Below, piece by piece: positions 48,886 to 59,782 of a stretch of DNA of 64,000 bases (the first letter of the stretch is position 1; every line of letters starts with the position of its first letter). The DNA lies in NCBI GenBank assembly GCA_964525635.1, contig CAZGJX010000007.1, positions 1,250 to 65,249 on the forward strand, given 5' to 3'. Source of the stretch: an uncultured archaeon. Lineage in GTDB: Archaea; Asgardarchaeota; Lokiarchaeia; Sigyniarchaeales; SOKP01. Below the pieces are notes generated by a model. The model searched no databases. It saw nothing but the letters and a program-made list of their open reading frames with translations, and was not told the DNA's origin. Both the position numbers and the translations under genes were made by a program.

Positions 48886-49114
48886 CTTAATACATCTAAA
48901 GAATTTAAAATCATAATTTAATATTATCTATAAAGTATTAAATTGTACATTATTAAAAAGATAAACGTTCTGATTTCAAAATAAAATAAAAAGTTAATTA
49001 AAGATTTTTTTGGATTATAATTATTTCAAATATAACTTTTAGTTTAATTTTTCATTGAAATTAAATAAAAAAAAAAACTTATTATTTAGATAATTCTCAT
49101 AATGAATAACAACT

Positions 49115-49330
49115 TTAGCAAGTATAATCTTCTTTCTTTATTTTATCATTTGTAACCTTATTTATGTAAGCTATTTCTTTACTAATTTGATCTTTTGACG
49201 TGTTTAAATCATAATTTTGTAAAACTAATTTAAATATATCTCTTTGAATATTCTTTAAATTTAAAGATTTTTCTCGAATAAATTCCAAATATTTATAATA
49301 ATTTAAATGTTTTTTTAATTCTCTTTTCAT
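49115..49330 (-). CDS. hypothetical small protein
   Basis: ORF only. Confidence 0.25.
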   Translation of the reverse strand: MKRELKKHLNYYKYLEFIREKSLNLKNIQRDIFKLVLQNYDLNTSKDQISKEIAYINKVTNDKIKKEDYTC

Positions 49331-49730
49331 TATATTCCAACCCCAACCTGTTTTTAACTTACTAAGATATTATAAATAATTACGAGTATTAAAGCTTTTA
49401 GGTGCCATTAATTGTTTGTTCTTAAGTAACAATATTATATATAATAAAAATGAATAAATATATATATTAAACCATTTTGAAGAACTTGAAGAAATTTAAT
49501 TTATATTTAAGATTTTATGTTTCTTAATTTAATTTCTGAATAATTCTATAGGTTTTTTTTTAATTGAATTTTTATAAAATAATATTTATAATATCTTAAT
49601 TTAACAGGTCCCCATCTGAAATAGTTTCATATATAAATTTGTCTTTATTAAAATCTTATATATAAAAGATTATTATATTTTTAGGATAAAAACAAATCTA
49701 TATTAAATAATTGTGGGCTTAAAATAAGAA

Positions 49731-50183
49731 ATGAAAGAAGAAAAATTAAAAATTCAATTATTAGAACTGAAACAATATCTTGAATTATTAAAATATCTGA
49801 GAAAAATATGCAAGCATGATGCTTATCTCATTATTCAAGTAATTAATAGTAAATGTTATACACAGTTTGCATATGATAAACGATTATCAAGTTTAAAATG
49901 GGAATTTCCTTCATTAAAAGAATTTAATGAGAAAAAAAAACAGAAATTATTAAACAAAGGTTTTATTCCTCCTAGTTGCACTATACCAAAAGGAGTAAAA
50001 GACTTTACTGAGTATGATTATGGTGGCAATCCAAATTATCATAAAGAAATCAAGTTTAAAAATAATGATGAAGAGTTATTAAATGGGGAATTAGTAAGGA
50101 TAATAAAAGAATCAATTGAAATATTTATGGATATATATGAGGAGAAATTGCCACTAGAATTAGAAATAGAATTATTTGAATAA
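49731..50183 (+). CDS. hypothetical protein (150 aa)
   Basis: ORF only. Confidence 0.3.
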   Translation: MKEEKLKIQLLELKQYLELLKYLRKICKHDAYLIIQVINSKCYTQFAYDKRLSSLKWEFPSLKEFNEKKKQKLLNKGFIPPSCTIPKGVKDFTEYDYGGNPNYHKEIKFKNNDEELLNGELVRIIKESIEIFMDIYEEKLPLELEIELFE

Positions 50184-50289
50184 ATATAATAAAAAATAAG
50201 GTATATATAACTTAAAATCCTTGCTCTCTTTAGAAGAAATTATTTGATTTAAAAATATATATAATTCATTATTAAAATGGTCTTTTTTA

Positions 50290-51921
50290 ATGAGTAAATT
50301 AGACGAATTAAAATATAACACTGTTGTTTTTGTATCATTTGAAAATTCTTATGCTCCATGGGGAGGTTTAGCTAAAGTTATGAAACATCTTCCCCCTATG
50401 ATGTCAAAATCAATTAAAACAATTTTAGTTACACCTCTTTTTTTTAATCATAAAAAGACAAGAAACGCGATTGATACAAAAAAATTAATTAAAACTGAAT
50501 ATCACGGAAATTTATTATATAAAGGATATAAACATTCAATAATTTTATATAAGAGTACTGAATTCTCAAAATTTAAAGATTTAGGGATCTTTTTAGTAAA
50601 ATGTGATAAATTCTTTCTATCAGGTGATAATCCATATGTAGATACTTGGCGTTTCGATTCACTTATCCATGATTCATATTTTTTTTCAAAATCAATCCCA
50701 ATAATACTAAAATTAATTCAAAATGAGTTCCATCCTCCTTATATTATAAATTTGCAAGATTGGGAAACTGCCCTTGTAGCAGATATAATGCCATCGTCTA
50801 TGCAACATAAATGTGTTCTCACAATTCACAATCCTTATGATGAATATCTCATAAATGATCCCCAAGGCCGTACAATTCTCCAACTTACAATTCCAAAAAT
50901 GCACGGATTATCTACAGTGTCTGAACATTTTGCCTATGAATTAATGAATGATGTTTTACTTCGAGATGTTCTTTTCAGAAAACTAAGAGGAGAATTTCAA
51001 TTATTACCTCCAATTGGAATTAATAATGGTAATTTTGTAGAACAGTTATTTACAAAAGATTTTACGGATAGCTCTAAGATTTTAGAAGTAAAATTGAATA
51101 ATCGAAAAATATTTAATTCTTTATTAAATGAGAAAAAAATTTTCACACCAAAATGGGGTAATAGAATAGATTTATTAAAAGAAGATATTCCGCTTTTTTT
51201 AATATTTGGACGTGATGAACCAAAACAAAAGGGATTTGACGTTGGAGCAGCTGCAATATACAAATTCCTGAAAAAAAAAGCAATATCCTCTGCGTATTTT
51301 ATATTCACTCCTATTCCAAGTAGTATTGATTTAGTTAATTTAAGTTATTTAGGTGATTTATGTTATGAATTTGGAAATAACGTAATGGTTTTTCCGTATC
51401 GTTTATCTGCTGGTTATGAGGAATTGCAAAAATCTGCAAATTTTATTTTGATGCCCTCTTATTATGAGCCTTTTGGAGCAGCAAATGAGGGATTTGCAGC
51501 AGGAGTTCCTGTTATAGCAAGAGCTACAGGTGGATTAATACAACAAGTATGTCCCAAGAATTTTCATGATCTCCCTGAATTAGTCCAGAACTATGTAAGA
51601 TTGTATCATAAAGATATCACAAAATCTACAGGATTTTTATATCGAGAAGATCCAAAAGCAGAGACCTCTGATAATTGGAAATATTTATTGTCTACAGATT
51701 TCTCAAAAAGACGATCAATTCAAGAGCCCATAGACTGGAGAAATCCTGTTTTCTGGTCGATGGTTACTGAACTCGAGAAAATAATCGAGGAAGCAGTATT
51801 ATTCTATAAAGAAGAAAAAAATAATTATTGTGAGATGATATTGAATGGAATTGATTTATTTAATAAATATTCATGGGAAAAGTCCACTGAACAGTATAAA
51901 ACATTATTATATGGAATTTAG
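50290..51921 (+). CDS. glycogen/starch-synthase-like GT-B glycosyltransferase
   Basis: N-terminal VVFVSFENSYAPWGGLAKVMKHLP (compare E..P..KtGGLaDV). C-terminal PSYYEPFGAANEGFAAGVPVIARATGGL. Confidence 0.65.
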   Translation: MSKLDELKYNTVVFVSFENSYAPWGGLAKVMKHLPPMMSKSIKTILVTPLFFNHKKTRNAIDTKKLIKTEYHGNLLYKGYKHSIILYKSTEFSKFKDLGIFLVKCDKFFLSGDNPYVDTWRFDSLIHDSYFFSKSIPIILKLIQNEFHPPYIINLQDWETALVADIMPSSMQHKCVLTIHNPYDEYLINDPQGRTILQLTIPKMHGLSTVSEHFAYELMNDVLLRDVLFRKLRGEFQLLPPIGINNGNFVEQLFTKDFTDSSKILEVKLNNRKIFNSLLNEKKIFTPKWGNRIDLLKEDIPLFLIFGRDEPKQKGFDVGAAAIYKFLKKKAISSAYFIFTPIPSSIDLVNLSYLGDLCYEFGNNVMVFPYRLSAGYEELQKSANFILMPSYYEPFGAANEGFAAGVPVIARATGGLIQQVCPKNFHDLPELVQNYVRLYHKDITKSTGFLYREDPKAETSDNWKYLLSTDFSKRRSIQEPIDWRNPVFWSMVTELEKIIEEAVLFYKEEKNNYCEMILNGIDLFNKYSWEKSTEQYKTLLYGI

Positions 51922-51986
51922 GCTTGAATTTAATCCAAATATATCATATTTATCAATTAAAATCATAAAAATAAAAAAAAAGAAAA

Positions 51987-52412
51987 TTATTCTTTTTGAA
52001 CTAGAAATGTGAATAATGCAGTTAAAGGACTCGCAATAACTCCACCGTAAAAGCCTGGTCCAAACCACCAATCAGTTGGATTATCAATTGCTAATTTTAA
52101 CTGAAAGAAAATCCCCCCTAATGCACATATAGTAAATGCAGTTAAAGAAAAATATAGTACAAGTTTTTCCATTATTTCGGGTAGCTTTCCTGGAGCTATA
52201 ATTTGTATTATATATATTGCTGAACAATAAAACAATAATAATGCTACTGGTACTATTAATACACCATAAAATGTATCTGCACCTGCATAATACCAATAAT
52301 CAAAAGGAGGTTCAATCCATTCTCCAAATGGAGTTACTACTAGTAATACTCCTCCAACTAGGCTTAAAATAGCAATTAAGATATAAAAAATCCTTTTCAT
52401 TTGATCATCCAT
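51987..52412 (-). CDS. 4-TM membrane protein, tandem paralog A
   Basis: Aligns along its whole length with the product of 52503-52943 (LLV.TPFG.W, LLLF.C.A..IIQ..AP.KLPEI, WW.G.GFYG). Confidence 0.45.
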   Translation of the reverse strand: MDDQMKRIFYILIAILSLVGGVLLVVTPFGEWIEPPFDYWYYAGADTFYGVLIVPVALLLFYCSAIYIIQIIAPGKLPEIMEKLVLYFSLTAFTICALGGIFFQLKLAIDNPTDWWFGPGFYGGVIASPLTALFTFLVQKE

Positions 52413-52502
52413 TTAAATCACTGCAATTTTATTGAAGTTTTACAAATATGTCATCTTGATTATATATAAATTTTACTTCAAGTTTATATCTCCAGTTTAA
52501 TA

Positions 52503-52943
52503 TTATATATTCCATAATTCTTTTTTTTGAAAAATAAAAACTAATATTGTAGTTGCTGAGCTACTAATAATACAACCATAAAAGCCTGCTCCAAGCCACC
52601 ACATAAGGGGTTTATCAATTACTTGTAATATTTCAAAACTTATTGTACCTAAGATGCATACAATAAAACAAGTTAATGAGAAAGATATTATAAGATTTTT
52701 AGTTATTTCGGGTAGCTTCTCTGGTGCTACAAATTGTATTATAAATACTGCTGCACAAAAAAATAATAATAATGCTCCAGGTATTATCAATAAACCATAA
52801 ATAGTTCCTGCATTTATAGAATGATAATTAGAAGAAGGACCAGTGACCCATGCCCCAAATGGAGTAGCAATAAGTAATACCGCCCCGATAAGATTTATAG
52901 CAGCAAGAATACCATATATAACTTTTTTTTGTTGATTTTCCAT
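52503..52943 (-). CDS. 4-TM membrane protein, tandem paralog B
   Basis: Paralog of 51987-52412. Confidence 0.45.
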   Translation of the reverse strand: MENQQKKVIYGILAAINLIGAVLLIATPFGAWVTGPSSNYHSINAGTIYGLLIIPGALLLFFCAAVFIIQFVAPEKLPEITKNLIISFSLTCFIVCILGTISFEILQVIDKPLMWWLGAGFYGCIISSSATTILVFIFQKKELWNI

Positions 52944-53146
52944 CTAAAACAATTTTATTTTATTAGAATTTTACAATAGGTTCATCTCTATTGCATATAA
53001 ACCTTACCAAATACATTTAATCCAAATCAATAAAAAAATCTTATAATTTTTTCTCCTCAATAATTAATAAATTATCCTTAAGATTCATCTGTCTACTATT
53101 TATTATCCTAACATTTTTGCGTATTAAAAAATATACTATATTAAGT

Positions 53147-55480
53147 ATGAAACAAAGAATCATTAATGTCTTAGTTGCAGGACATAGTCAACATGGGAAA
53201 TCAAGTCTTGTAAGTGTGATTGTGGGTAAATTTCCAGACAATCTTGATTATGAAATAAACCATGGTACAACAGTCTCATTAAAAGTAATCCAATTTTATT
53301 TAAAAGAAAAAAATATATATCTCAATTTTATTGATAGTCCTGGTCATGCTGATCTTAAAGGAGGAATTGCTCTTGGTTTAGAATTCGCTGATCTATTAGT
53401 GTTAGTAATATCAGGAAATGAAGGATTTCAGGCACGTACTTATTGGTTATATGAGAAAGCAATAGAGAAAAATCTTCCTATAATTATTGCTGCAACTAAA
53501 ATGGATTTACGTAATGCACAAATTGAGAGGATAACAAAAGAACTTCAGAAATTAGAGAGTAAAGCATATCCTATTATTAAAACATCTGCAAAAAAAAAAT
53601 TTGGAATTGAAGAACTCATAGACAAAATTCAAATATATCTAAAACATAGAAAAAAATTAGAATCAGACTTAAAATTCATTATTTTAGGATATGATAAGAA
53701 AAAAGGAATTGGAGAATTGTTAACTATAGGTATTCGCTCAGGAAAGATTCAAGCTAATAACTATATTTCAGATAAAATCCGTATAAAAAATATATATTCT
53801 CTCGATGGAGAATTAATTAATGAAGCTTTTGAAGGGGATATTATTAAAATTTCACTAAATATGTATGTTAAATTTGAATTAGGGACAATATATAATAAAG
53901 GAAAGTTTTTATCAGGAAAAATTGTCAATATTTTATCTGAAATTCAACCAAGAAAAGAATTTTATATTCATATTAATGATCCAATTAAATTTAAACATGG
54001 GGTTGAAATTCTAGAAAACCTAAAAAAAGTTATATCCTCATTTGATTTTTATACAGAGAAAAAAGATATTATTATTCAAGTTTTAGGAGATGTACAATTT
54101 GATTTTATTAAAGAAAATTTGGAAAAAATAATAGATTTTAAGATAACTGGTTCTAAGATAAAAGGAATTATAACAATTAATAAAAAAAGTCGAGCTAGAT
54201 ATAACTCTGCTGTAGTAAAAATAGCACCGAGGTTTAAAAAAAAACTAACTATAACAAGAAATGGCAAGATAAATAAGCCAATTTTTGATATATTAGGAGC
54301 TTCCGTAGCTTATGAAGCTTTTCATCTTGATGGACTACATGTAGATATAAAGTCAGGAAAAAATGAGGATGATATTGCACAAGCAATTGCAAAAGCTATT
54401 GAGAAAGTTAAATTAATAAAAATTATTCCACAACAAGATGTTATTGTAAAAGTGGAAAATATTCATGAGATTTTTTCCATAATCGAAAAATACAATATTG
54501 AAGTTTTATATCATGCAGATACTAATATCTTTTTTCTGCAAATAAAAAATGAGCAATTTGAATCATTTTTTAACTCTTTAATGAAAGCTTCTGATGGAAG
54601 GGCCGAAATTAGTCTTTTTAATTTTGAACAAACTGAAAGAATCCTTTCAGTTGATCCTGGAACAAGACATTTTGGATTTTGCCTAATTGAAAAATCAGAA
54701 CTTCCCTCATTATGGTATATGAATTTAAAAAGTGCTATTGACAATTCAAAAACTAGAAAAATGGCTAAAATTCAATTAGAAGAGGAGTTGGATATATTCC
54801 TTGAGGGAGAAAAAGAAATGATTAATAAAATCTTTATCGGAAATGGTCCAGGTTCTGATTTTATAATTGATTTCTTGATTGAATATTTTAACATTCCATG
54901 TGAAAATCAGGAATGTATTATTACAGATTATCCTCAAGCAAAAAAAGATGATATTATTAAGAATACAACTACAATAAAATCACATATTAAACCTCCCGAA
55001 ATATATCTTGTCGACGAGTTTAAGACAACAAAAGAAGCAATTTATCATTTACAAAGGGGAGAAATAGTGAGTGAAGTAAAAAGTAAAGGTTTTGTAGATC
55101 ATGCTATTGCTGCATTACTTATTGCAAAAAGAGGGATTAAAGGAGAAATTATAGAACTTAGACATAAACCATTAAAACAATTATATGATTATGTGGTAGA
55201 AAATTATTCTGGTTCTTATTCTTTCTCTAGTATTCATAATATTAATAGCTTATTAGATATAAAGTCAGGAATGTATTTAAAAATTAAAGATAGTACAAAA
55301 TTAGATTCCAACTTGAACAATGGTGATATTGTTGTTTTTACCGGATTTGGAACATCATATAATGATCTACATGCTAATACTCTTTCGGGAAATAAAATTA
55401 TTATTAAATTTCAAGGAAATATAAAAGTTAAAAAGAATTTTTTCAATATATTTATTCCTGTAAAACAAAGAACTGATTAA
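53147..55480 (+). CDS. translational-GTPase-like protein fused to a YqgF/RuvX-type RNase H-fold domain
   Basis: G1 AGHSQHGKSS, G3 DSPGH, G4 TKMD, G5 SAK, and a domain-II-like barrel. EF-G-like remnants LGDVQFDFIKENLEK and SLMKASDGRAEI. From about 54640: LSVDPGTRHFGFCLIE, IFIGNGPGSD, LVDEFKTTKEA, VDHAIAALLIAKRG. ATG 53147 is preferred over the ORF-track TTG 53117. Confidence 0.6.
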   Translation: MKQRIINVLVAGHSQHGKSSLVSVIVGKFPDNLDYEINHGTTVSLKVIQFYLKEKNIYLNFIDSPGHADLKGGIALGLEFADLLVLVISGNEGFQARTYWLYEKAIEKNLPIIIAATKMDLRNAQIERITKELQKLESKAYPIIKTSAKKKFGIEELIDKIQIYLKHRKKLESDLKFIILGYDKKKGIGELLTIGIRSGKIQANNYISDKIRIKNIYSLDGELINEAFEGDIIKISLNMYVKFELGTIYNKGKFLSGKIVNILSEIQPRKEFYIHINDPIKFKHGVEILENLKKVISSFDFYTEKKDIIIQVLGDVQFDFIKENLEKIIDFKITGSKIKGIITINKKSRARYNSAVVKIAPRFKKKLTITRNGKINKPIFDILGASVAYEAFHLDGLHVDIKSGKNEDDIAQAIAKAIEKVKLIKIIPQQDVIVKVENIHEIFSIIEKYNIEVLYHADTNIFFLQIKNEQFESFFNSLMKASDGRAEISLFNFEQTERILSVDPGTRHFGFCLIEKSELPSLWYMNLKSAIDNSKTRKMAKIQLEEELDIFLEGEKEMINKIFIGNGPGSDFIIDFLIEYFNIPCENQECIITDYPQAKKDDIIKNTTTIKSHIKPPEIYLVDEFKTTKEAIYHLQRGEIVSEVKSKGFVDHAIAALLIAKRGIKGEIIELRHKPLKQLYDYVVENYSGSYSFSSIHNINSLLDIKSGMYLKIKDSTKLDSNLNNGDIVVFTGFGTSYNDLHANTLSGNKIIIKFQGNIKVKKNFFNIFIPVKQRTD

Positions 55481-55618
55481 TAACATTCCAAATATAATAT
55501 ACATTTTCGTTAAAAAATAAGAGAAGGTATATTTTTAGGTTTTACTAAAGTATTTAAGATAATTCTTAGATTAATTAATAAAATCATAAATCTCTCATAA
55601 TAAAGAGGAGAAGTTAAA

Positions 55619-55999
55619 TTGAGTGAATTTGAAGAAAAGGTAATAAAATTACTTGAAACAATTAATGGAAAACTAGATAAATTATTAGGATCACCAACTA
55701 GTACCCCAGCAAAGGCTCCAGAGATTCCTGTAGCACCATCAGCTGCGTCTGAAGCAAAAAGTGATGCATCTGATCCCTCTGGACTAAAACCTTCTGAACT
55801 CATAGAAAAACAAAAAGAAGAAGATCGGACAAAAGTTGCCCCTCCAATAGAGGGAAGAAGAGTATGTCCTGAATGCGGAGGGACTGACTTTGCTGAAAGA
55901 GAAGACCGCTCTCAACCACCAATACATCAAATGGGTGGAATTAAAATATATAAGAAAAAGATAACATGTAAGAAATGCAGCTATGAATTTCCAGTATAA
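55619..55999 (+). CDS. small protein: N-terminal helix, Pro/Ala/Ser-rich linker, C-terminal zinc ribbon
   Basis: CPECGGTDF...CKKCSYEF. TTG start 6 nt after GAGGAG. Locally higher GC content. Confidence 0.45.
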   Translation: MSEFEEKVIKLLETINGKLDKLLGSPTSTPAKAPEIPVAPSAASEAKSDASDPSGLKPSELIEKQKEEDRTKVAPPIEGRRVCPECGGTDFAEREDRSQPPIHQMGGIKIYKKKITCKKCSYEFPV

Positions 56000-56132
56000 C
56001 TTTTAAATTAAAATAATTTAAAGAACAATTAATATCTATAATTTCCCTAATTTTAATACTTAAAACTATTTTATTCTCTTTTTATTTTTTTAAAAATCTA
56101 CCTTATTAGTTATTTGTTGAAATATAATCAGC

Positions 56133-57962
56133 TCACTTTTCTTTTTTAAAAGGATCTTTAAACTGCATATTGAATAAGTGTTTATAAAAACCATCTTTTT
56201 CTATTAATTCATTATGAGAGCCATTTTCTATAATTCTACCTTTATCCAATACTAATATTCTATCGGAACTTACTATGGTTGATAATCTATGTGCAATTGA
56301 AATACTTGTCCGTCCTTTTAAAAGGATTTCTAATGCCTTTTGAATAAGTAATTCACTATATGGATCAACAGCAGAAGTTGCTTCATCTAAGATTAGAATG
56401 GGGGGATCTGAGATCAAAGCTCGTGCAAAAGCAATAAGTTGTCTCTCTCCTTCAGAAAGTTTATTTCCTCTTTCACCTACAACTGTATGATATCCATATT
56501 CTAAATCTACGATAAAATTATGAGCATTAACTTTTTTAGCAACTTCCACTACTTCTTCTTTTGTTGCATTAATTTTACCATATCTAATATTCTCTATAAT
56601 AGTACCTGAAAAAAGAAAATTTTCTTGTGGGACAATCCCGATATTATTTCTTAAACTTTTTAGATTCACATCTTTTAAATTAATACTATCTATAGTAATC
56701 GTCCCCTCTATAGGATCATAAAATCTGTTTAATAATTTTATGATTGTACTTTTTCCAGCTCCAGTATAACCAACTAAAGCTAATCGCTCTTTTTCTTTTA
56801 TATGAAGATTTATTTCAGTAATTACTGGTTTATCTTTTTCATAGTAGAAATTAATATTGTTATATTCGATTTCTCCTCTGATATTTTCAAATCTATATGC
56901 ATTAGTCTTTTGTCTTATCGAGGATTCTAATTCTAACAATTTTATTATTCTTGCTCCCGCTGCTATAGCATTTTGTAATATCGTAAAAAATCCGATCAGG
57001 GCATTTAATGGTTCAAAAAATTGAAATAAATAAAAAATAAAAGAAATAAATGTTCCTATTGTAATATTATCATCTCTTATTAAAATTCCTGCCGTGAAAA
57101 ATAATAATCCTATACCTATTGTTAGGATAAATATTACCAAACCAGGTATGAATGCAAATAATTTAGCAGATTTTAATGTAGTTTCTTTTTCTTGTTTAGT
57201 TGCTTCATTAAATTCCTTATAGTTATCGTCCTCGACAGCAAATGATTTTATTTCTCTCATTCCTAAAATAGATTCATCAAATATACTGGTAACAGAAGAA
57301 ACTTTCTCTCTTAATTCTTTATAATATTTTCTTGCGTTTTTAAATATTAAACCTCCAGCAACACCGAATAACGGAACTATTAAGAAAATAACCAATGTTA
57401 ATTGAGGACTTAGAATTATCATGAATATTAAAGCTCCAAAAAGTAAGAAAAAATTTCCAACGACAATTAATAGTCCACTTTGAATTAATTCTTGAATTGT
57501 ATTAACATCATTTGTAATATAAGATATTTTTTTTCCTGCTGTTGTCTCATGACTATCATGATAGTCTAATCCTAAATATTGAAATTGATGAAATATTTCA
57601 TACCTTAAATTATACATAGTTATTGTTGCAAGTTTTTGAATTATATAACCTTGTGCGATTCTAGTTAATACAGTTAATATTGTTAAAATGAAATAAAAAA
57701 TACCCGCCATTATTATAATTTCGAGGTTTCCTCCAGATCCTTCACTGATTCCCTTCTTACCAATTCCCTCATCTATTAGAAAACGAAATACTAAAGGAGA
57801 AAACAAATTGAAAATAATATTGAATATCATTAAAAAGACTAATGGATAGATAAATTTCCTATTTTTTGAGCCTAAATATTGAATCAATCGTTTTAATACA
57901 TAAAATGCGCTTAAGTTATTATTATCAGTTTCCTCATTTTTTTTCATTTTCTTTGATCTCAT
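56133..57962 (-). CDS. ABC exporter, fused permease/ATPase (type I exporter half-transporter)
   Basis: Six-TM N-terminal domain. Walker A GYTGAGKST, signature LSEGERQ, Walker B ILILDEATSAVD. The start overlaps the upstream stop by 1 nt (TAATG). Confidence 0.85.
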   Translation of the reverse strand: MRSKKMKKNEETDNNNLSAFYVLKRLIQYLGSKNRKFIYPLVFLMIFNIIFNLFSPLVFRFLIDEGIGKKGISEGSGGNLEIIIMAGIFYFILTILTVLTRIAQGYIIQKLATITMYNLRYEIFHQFQYLGLDYHDSHETTAGKKISYITNDVNTIQELIQSGLLIVVGNFFLLFGALIFMIILSPQLTLVIFLIVPLFGVAGGLIFKNARKYYKELREKVSSVTSIFDESILGMREIKSFAVEDDNYKEFNEATKQEKETTLKSAKLFAFIPGLVIFILTIGIGLLFFTAGILIRDDNITIGTFISFIFYLFQFFEPLNALIGFFTILQNAIAAGARIIKLLELESSIRQKTNAYRFENIRGEIEYNNINFYYEKDKPVITEINLHIKEKERLALVGYTGAGKSTIIKLLNRFYDPIEGTITIDSINLKDVNLKSLRNNIGIVPQENFLFSGTIIENIRYGKINATKEEVVEVAKKVNAHNFIVDLEYGYHTVVGERGNKLSEGERQLIAFARALISDPPILILDEATSAVDPYSELLIQKALEILLKGRTSISIAHRLSTIVSSDRILVLDKGRIIENGSHNELIEKDGFYKHLFNMQFKDPFKKEK

Positions 57963-59782
57963 TACGCTCGTTCCTCTATTTTAAGTGTTAAATATAATTT
58001 CTTATAAATCCCATCATCTTGCTCCATTAGTTCTGCATGATTTCCTAATTGCGATATTTTACCCTTATCTAATACTAAAATTCTATCTGCATGTCTAACT
58101 GTACTTAATCTCTGAGTAATTAGAAAGGTAGTTGTATATTTAATTAATTTTTTTAAATGTTTTTGAATCTCAAATTCGGTATCAACATCCACAGAAGAGA
58201 AACAATCATCTAATATTAGAATTTTTGGTTTTACTGCTATTGCTCTTGCTATTGAAATTCTTTGTTTCTGTCCTCCTGATAAAGTCGTACCACGTTCCCC
58301 AACCAAAGTATCATATTTTTTTGGTAATTCATTTTCAATGAAATCATGGATATAAGAAATTTTTGCTGCTTCTTCTATATTTTTAATATCAAGATTTCGT
58401 TCACCAAAATTTATATTATCCTTGATACTTCTAGAAAATAATATCCTATCTTGTGAAACATAGCCAATTTGTTTACGTAAAGATTTAAAGGTTATATCTT
58501 TTATATTAATCCCATCAATAAATATGTCACCTTTGGAAATATCATAAAAACGAGGAATGAGTTTTACTAACGTAGATTTTCCAGATCCCGTTGCACCTAA
58601 TATAGCAATGGTTTCTCCTGGCTTTGTTTTAAAATTTAATTCCTTTAATACATAATGCTTGCTTTCAGTATCAAATTTAAAATAAACATTCTTAAATTCT
58701 ACTTCTCCCTTTATAAAAGGCATCCTTTTAGCATCTTTTTTTTCTTTTACATCAATCTTTGATTTTAAGATATCAACAATTCGATCACTAGTTTCACTTA
58801 TCTGTGGCATATTTGCTAAAAACCGTGATACGTAATAAAGAGGTTCAACAGAAAAATTCATGACTAATATGAATGAAAAAATAGCACCAAAAGATATTTT
58901 TCCTCCATAAACAAAATAGCTTCCGAGCAATAATACAATTAAAAATGCAAGACTATCTATTAAATAAATAATTGGATCAAAAATAGCTTGTAATTTTATT
59001 ATTTTCATAGAATCATCAAAATATTTATCATTTGTTTTGGAAAATCCTTCAATTTCATATTCCTCTCTGGCGAATGATTTAACAACTTTCATTCCTTGAA
59101 TATTTTCTTGTATATCATGTGTTAATTCTGCATATGTTTCTCGGGATTTCTTAAAAATTGGTCTCATTTTCTTTCTAAAAATGAACAAGACGTAAAAGAG
59201 GGCTGGACTTACCATAACTACATAGAGTGCTAGTTCAATATTAATCAGAAAAAGCACAAGAAAACTTAGAATAAAAGTAAAAGACTGTCTTATAAAAACT
59301 TGTAGATTATTTCCTAAGAATTCTTTAAGTAAATTAACATCACTTGTAGTTCTTGATAACAATTCTCCTGTTTTGTGTTTATCTAACCAGCTAAAGCTCA
59401 TAATTTGAATTGTTGAGAATAAGTCATTTCGTAATTTATAGATAATATTAGCTCCTATCCATCTATTAATATAAACTCGAAATCCAAAAATTACAGCAAC
59501 AATTGCTTGAAGCCCTATTATTAATATAAATATTGGATATGCATTTTCAATAGCATTTTCAGTATCAACTAAAATATCTAAAACAGGACCTAATAAGGTT
59601 GGAGCTGTCAAGAATAATGCTGATTGAATAAAGCCCATAATTACAACCAATGAAAAGATCCATTTATATGCCCATAAATAAGATAGAATTAATCTTAAGC
59701 TAGATTTATAATTATGGGAAAGAAATTTTTTTCTTCTATTAAAAAAATTAGTTCGAATTTCCTTATTCATATTATAACACAA
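57962..59782 (-). CDS. ABC exporter, fused permease/ATPase (partner half-transporter)
   Basis: Walker A GATGSGKST, signature LSGGQKQR, Walker B ILILDDCFSSVD. Translationally coupled to 56133-57962. Confidence 0.85.
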   Translation of the reverse strand: MCYNMNKEIRTNFFNRRKKFLSHNYKSSLRLILSYLWAYKWIFSLVVIMGFIQSALFLTAPTLLGPVLDILVDTENAIENAYPIFILIIGLQAIVAVIFGFRVYINRWIGANIIYKLRNDLFSTIQIMSFSWLDKHKTGELLSRTTSDVNLLKEFLGNNLQVFIRQSFTFILSFLVLFLINIELALYVVMVSPALFYVLFIFRKKMRPIFKKSRETYAELTHDIQENIQGMKVVKSFAREEYEIEGFSKTNDKYFDDSMKIIKLQAIFDPIIYLIDSLAFLIVLLLGSYFVYGGKISFGAIFSFILVMNFSVEPLYYVSRFLANMPQISETSDRIVDILKSKIDVKEKKDAKRMPFIKGEVEFKNVYFKFDTESKHYVLKELNFKTKPGETIAILGATGSGKSTLVKLIPRFYDISKGDIFIDGINIKDITFKSLRKQIGYVSQDRILFSRSIKDNINFGERNLDIKNIEEAAKISYIHDFIENELPKKYDTLVGERGTTLSGGQKQRISIARAIAVKPKILILDDCFSSVDVDTEFEIQKHLKKLIKYTTTFLITQRLSTVRHADRILVLDKGKISQLGNHAELMEQDDGIYKKLYLTLKIEERA

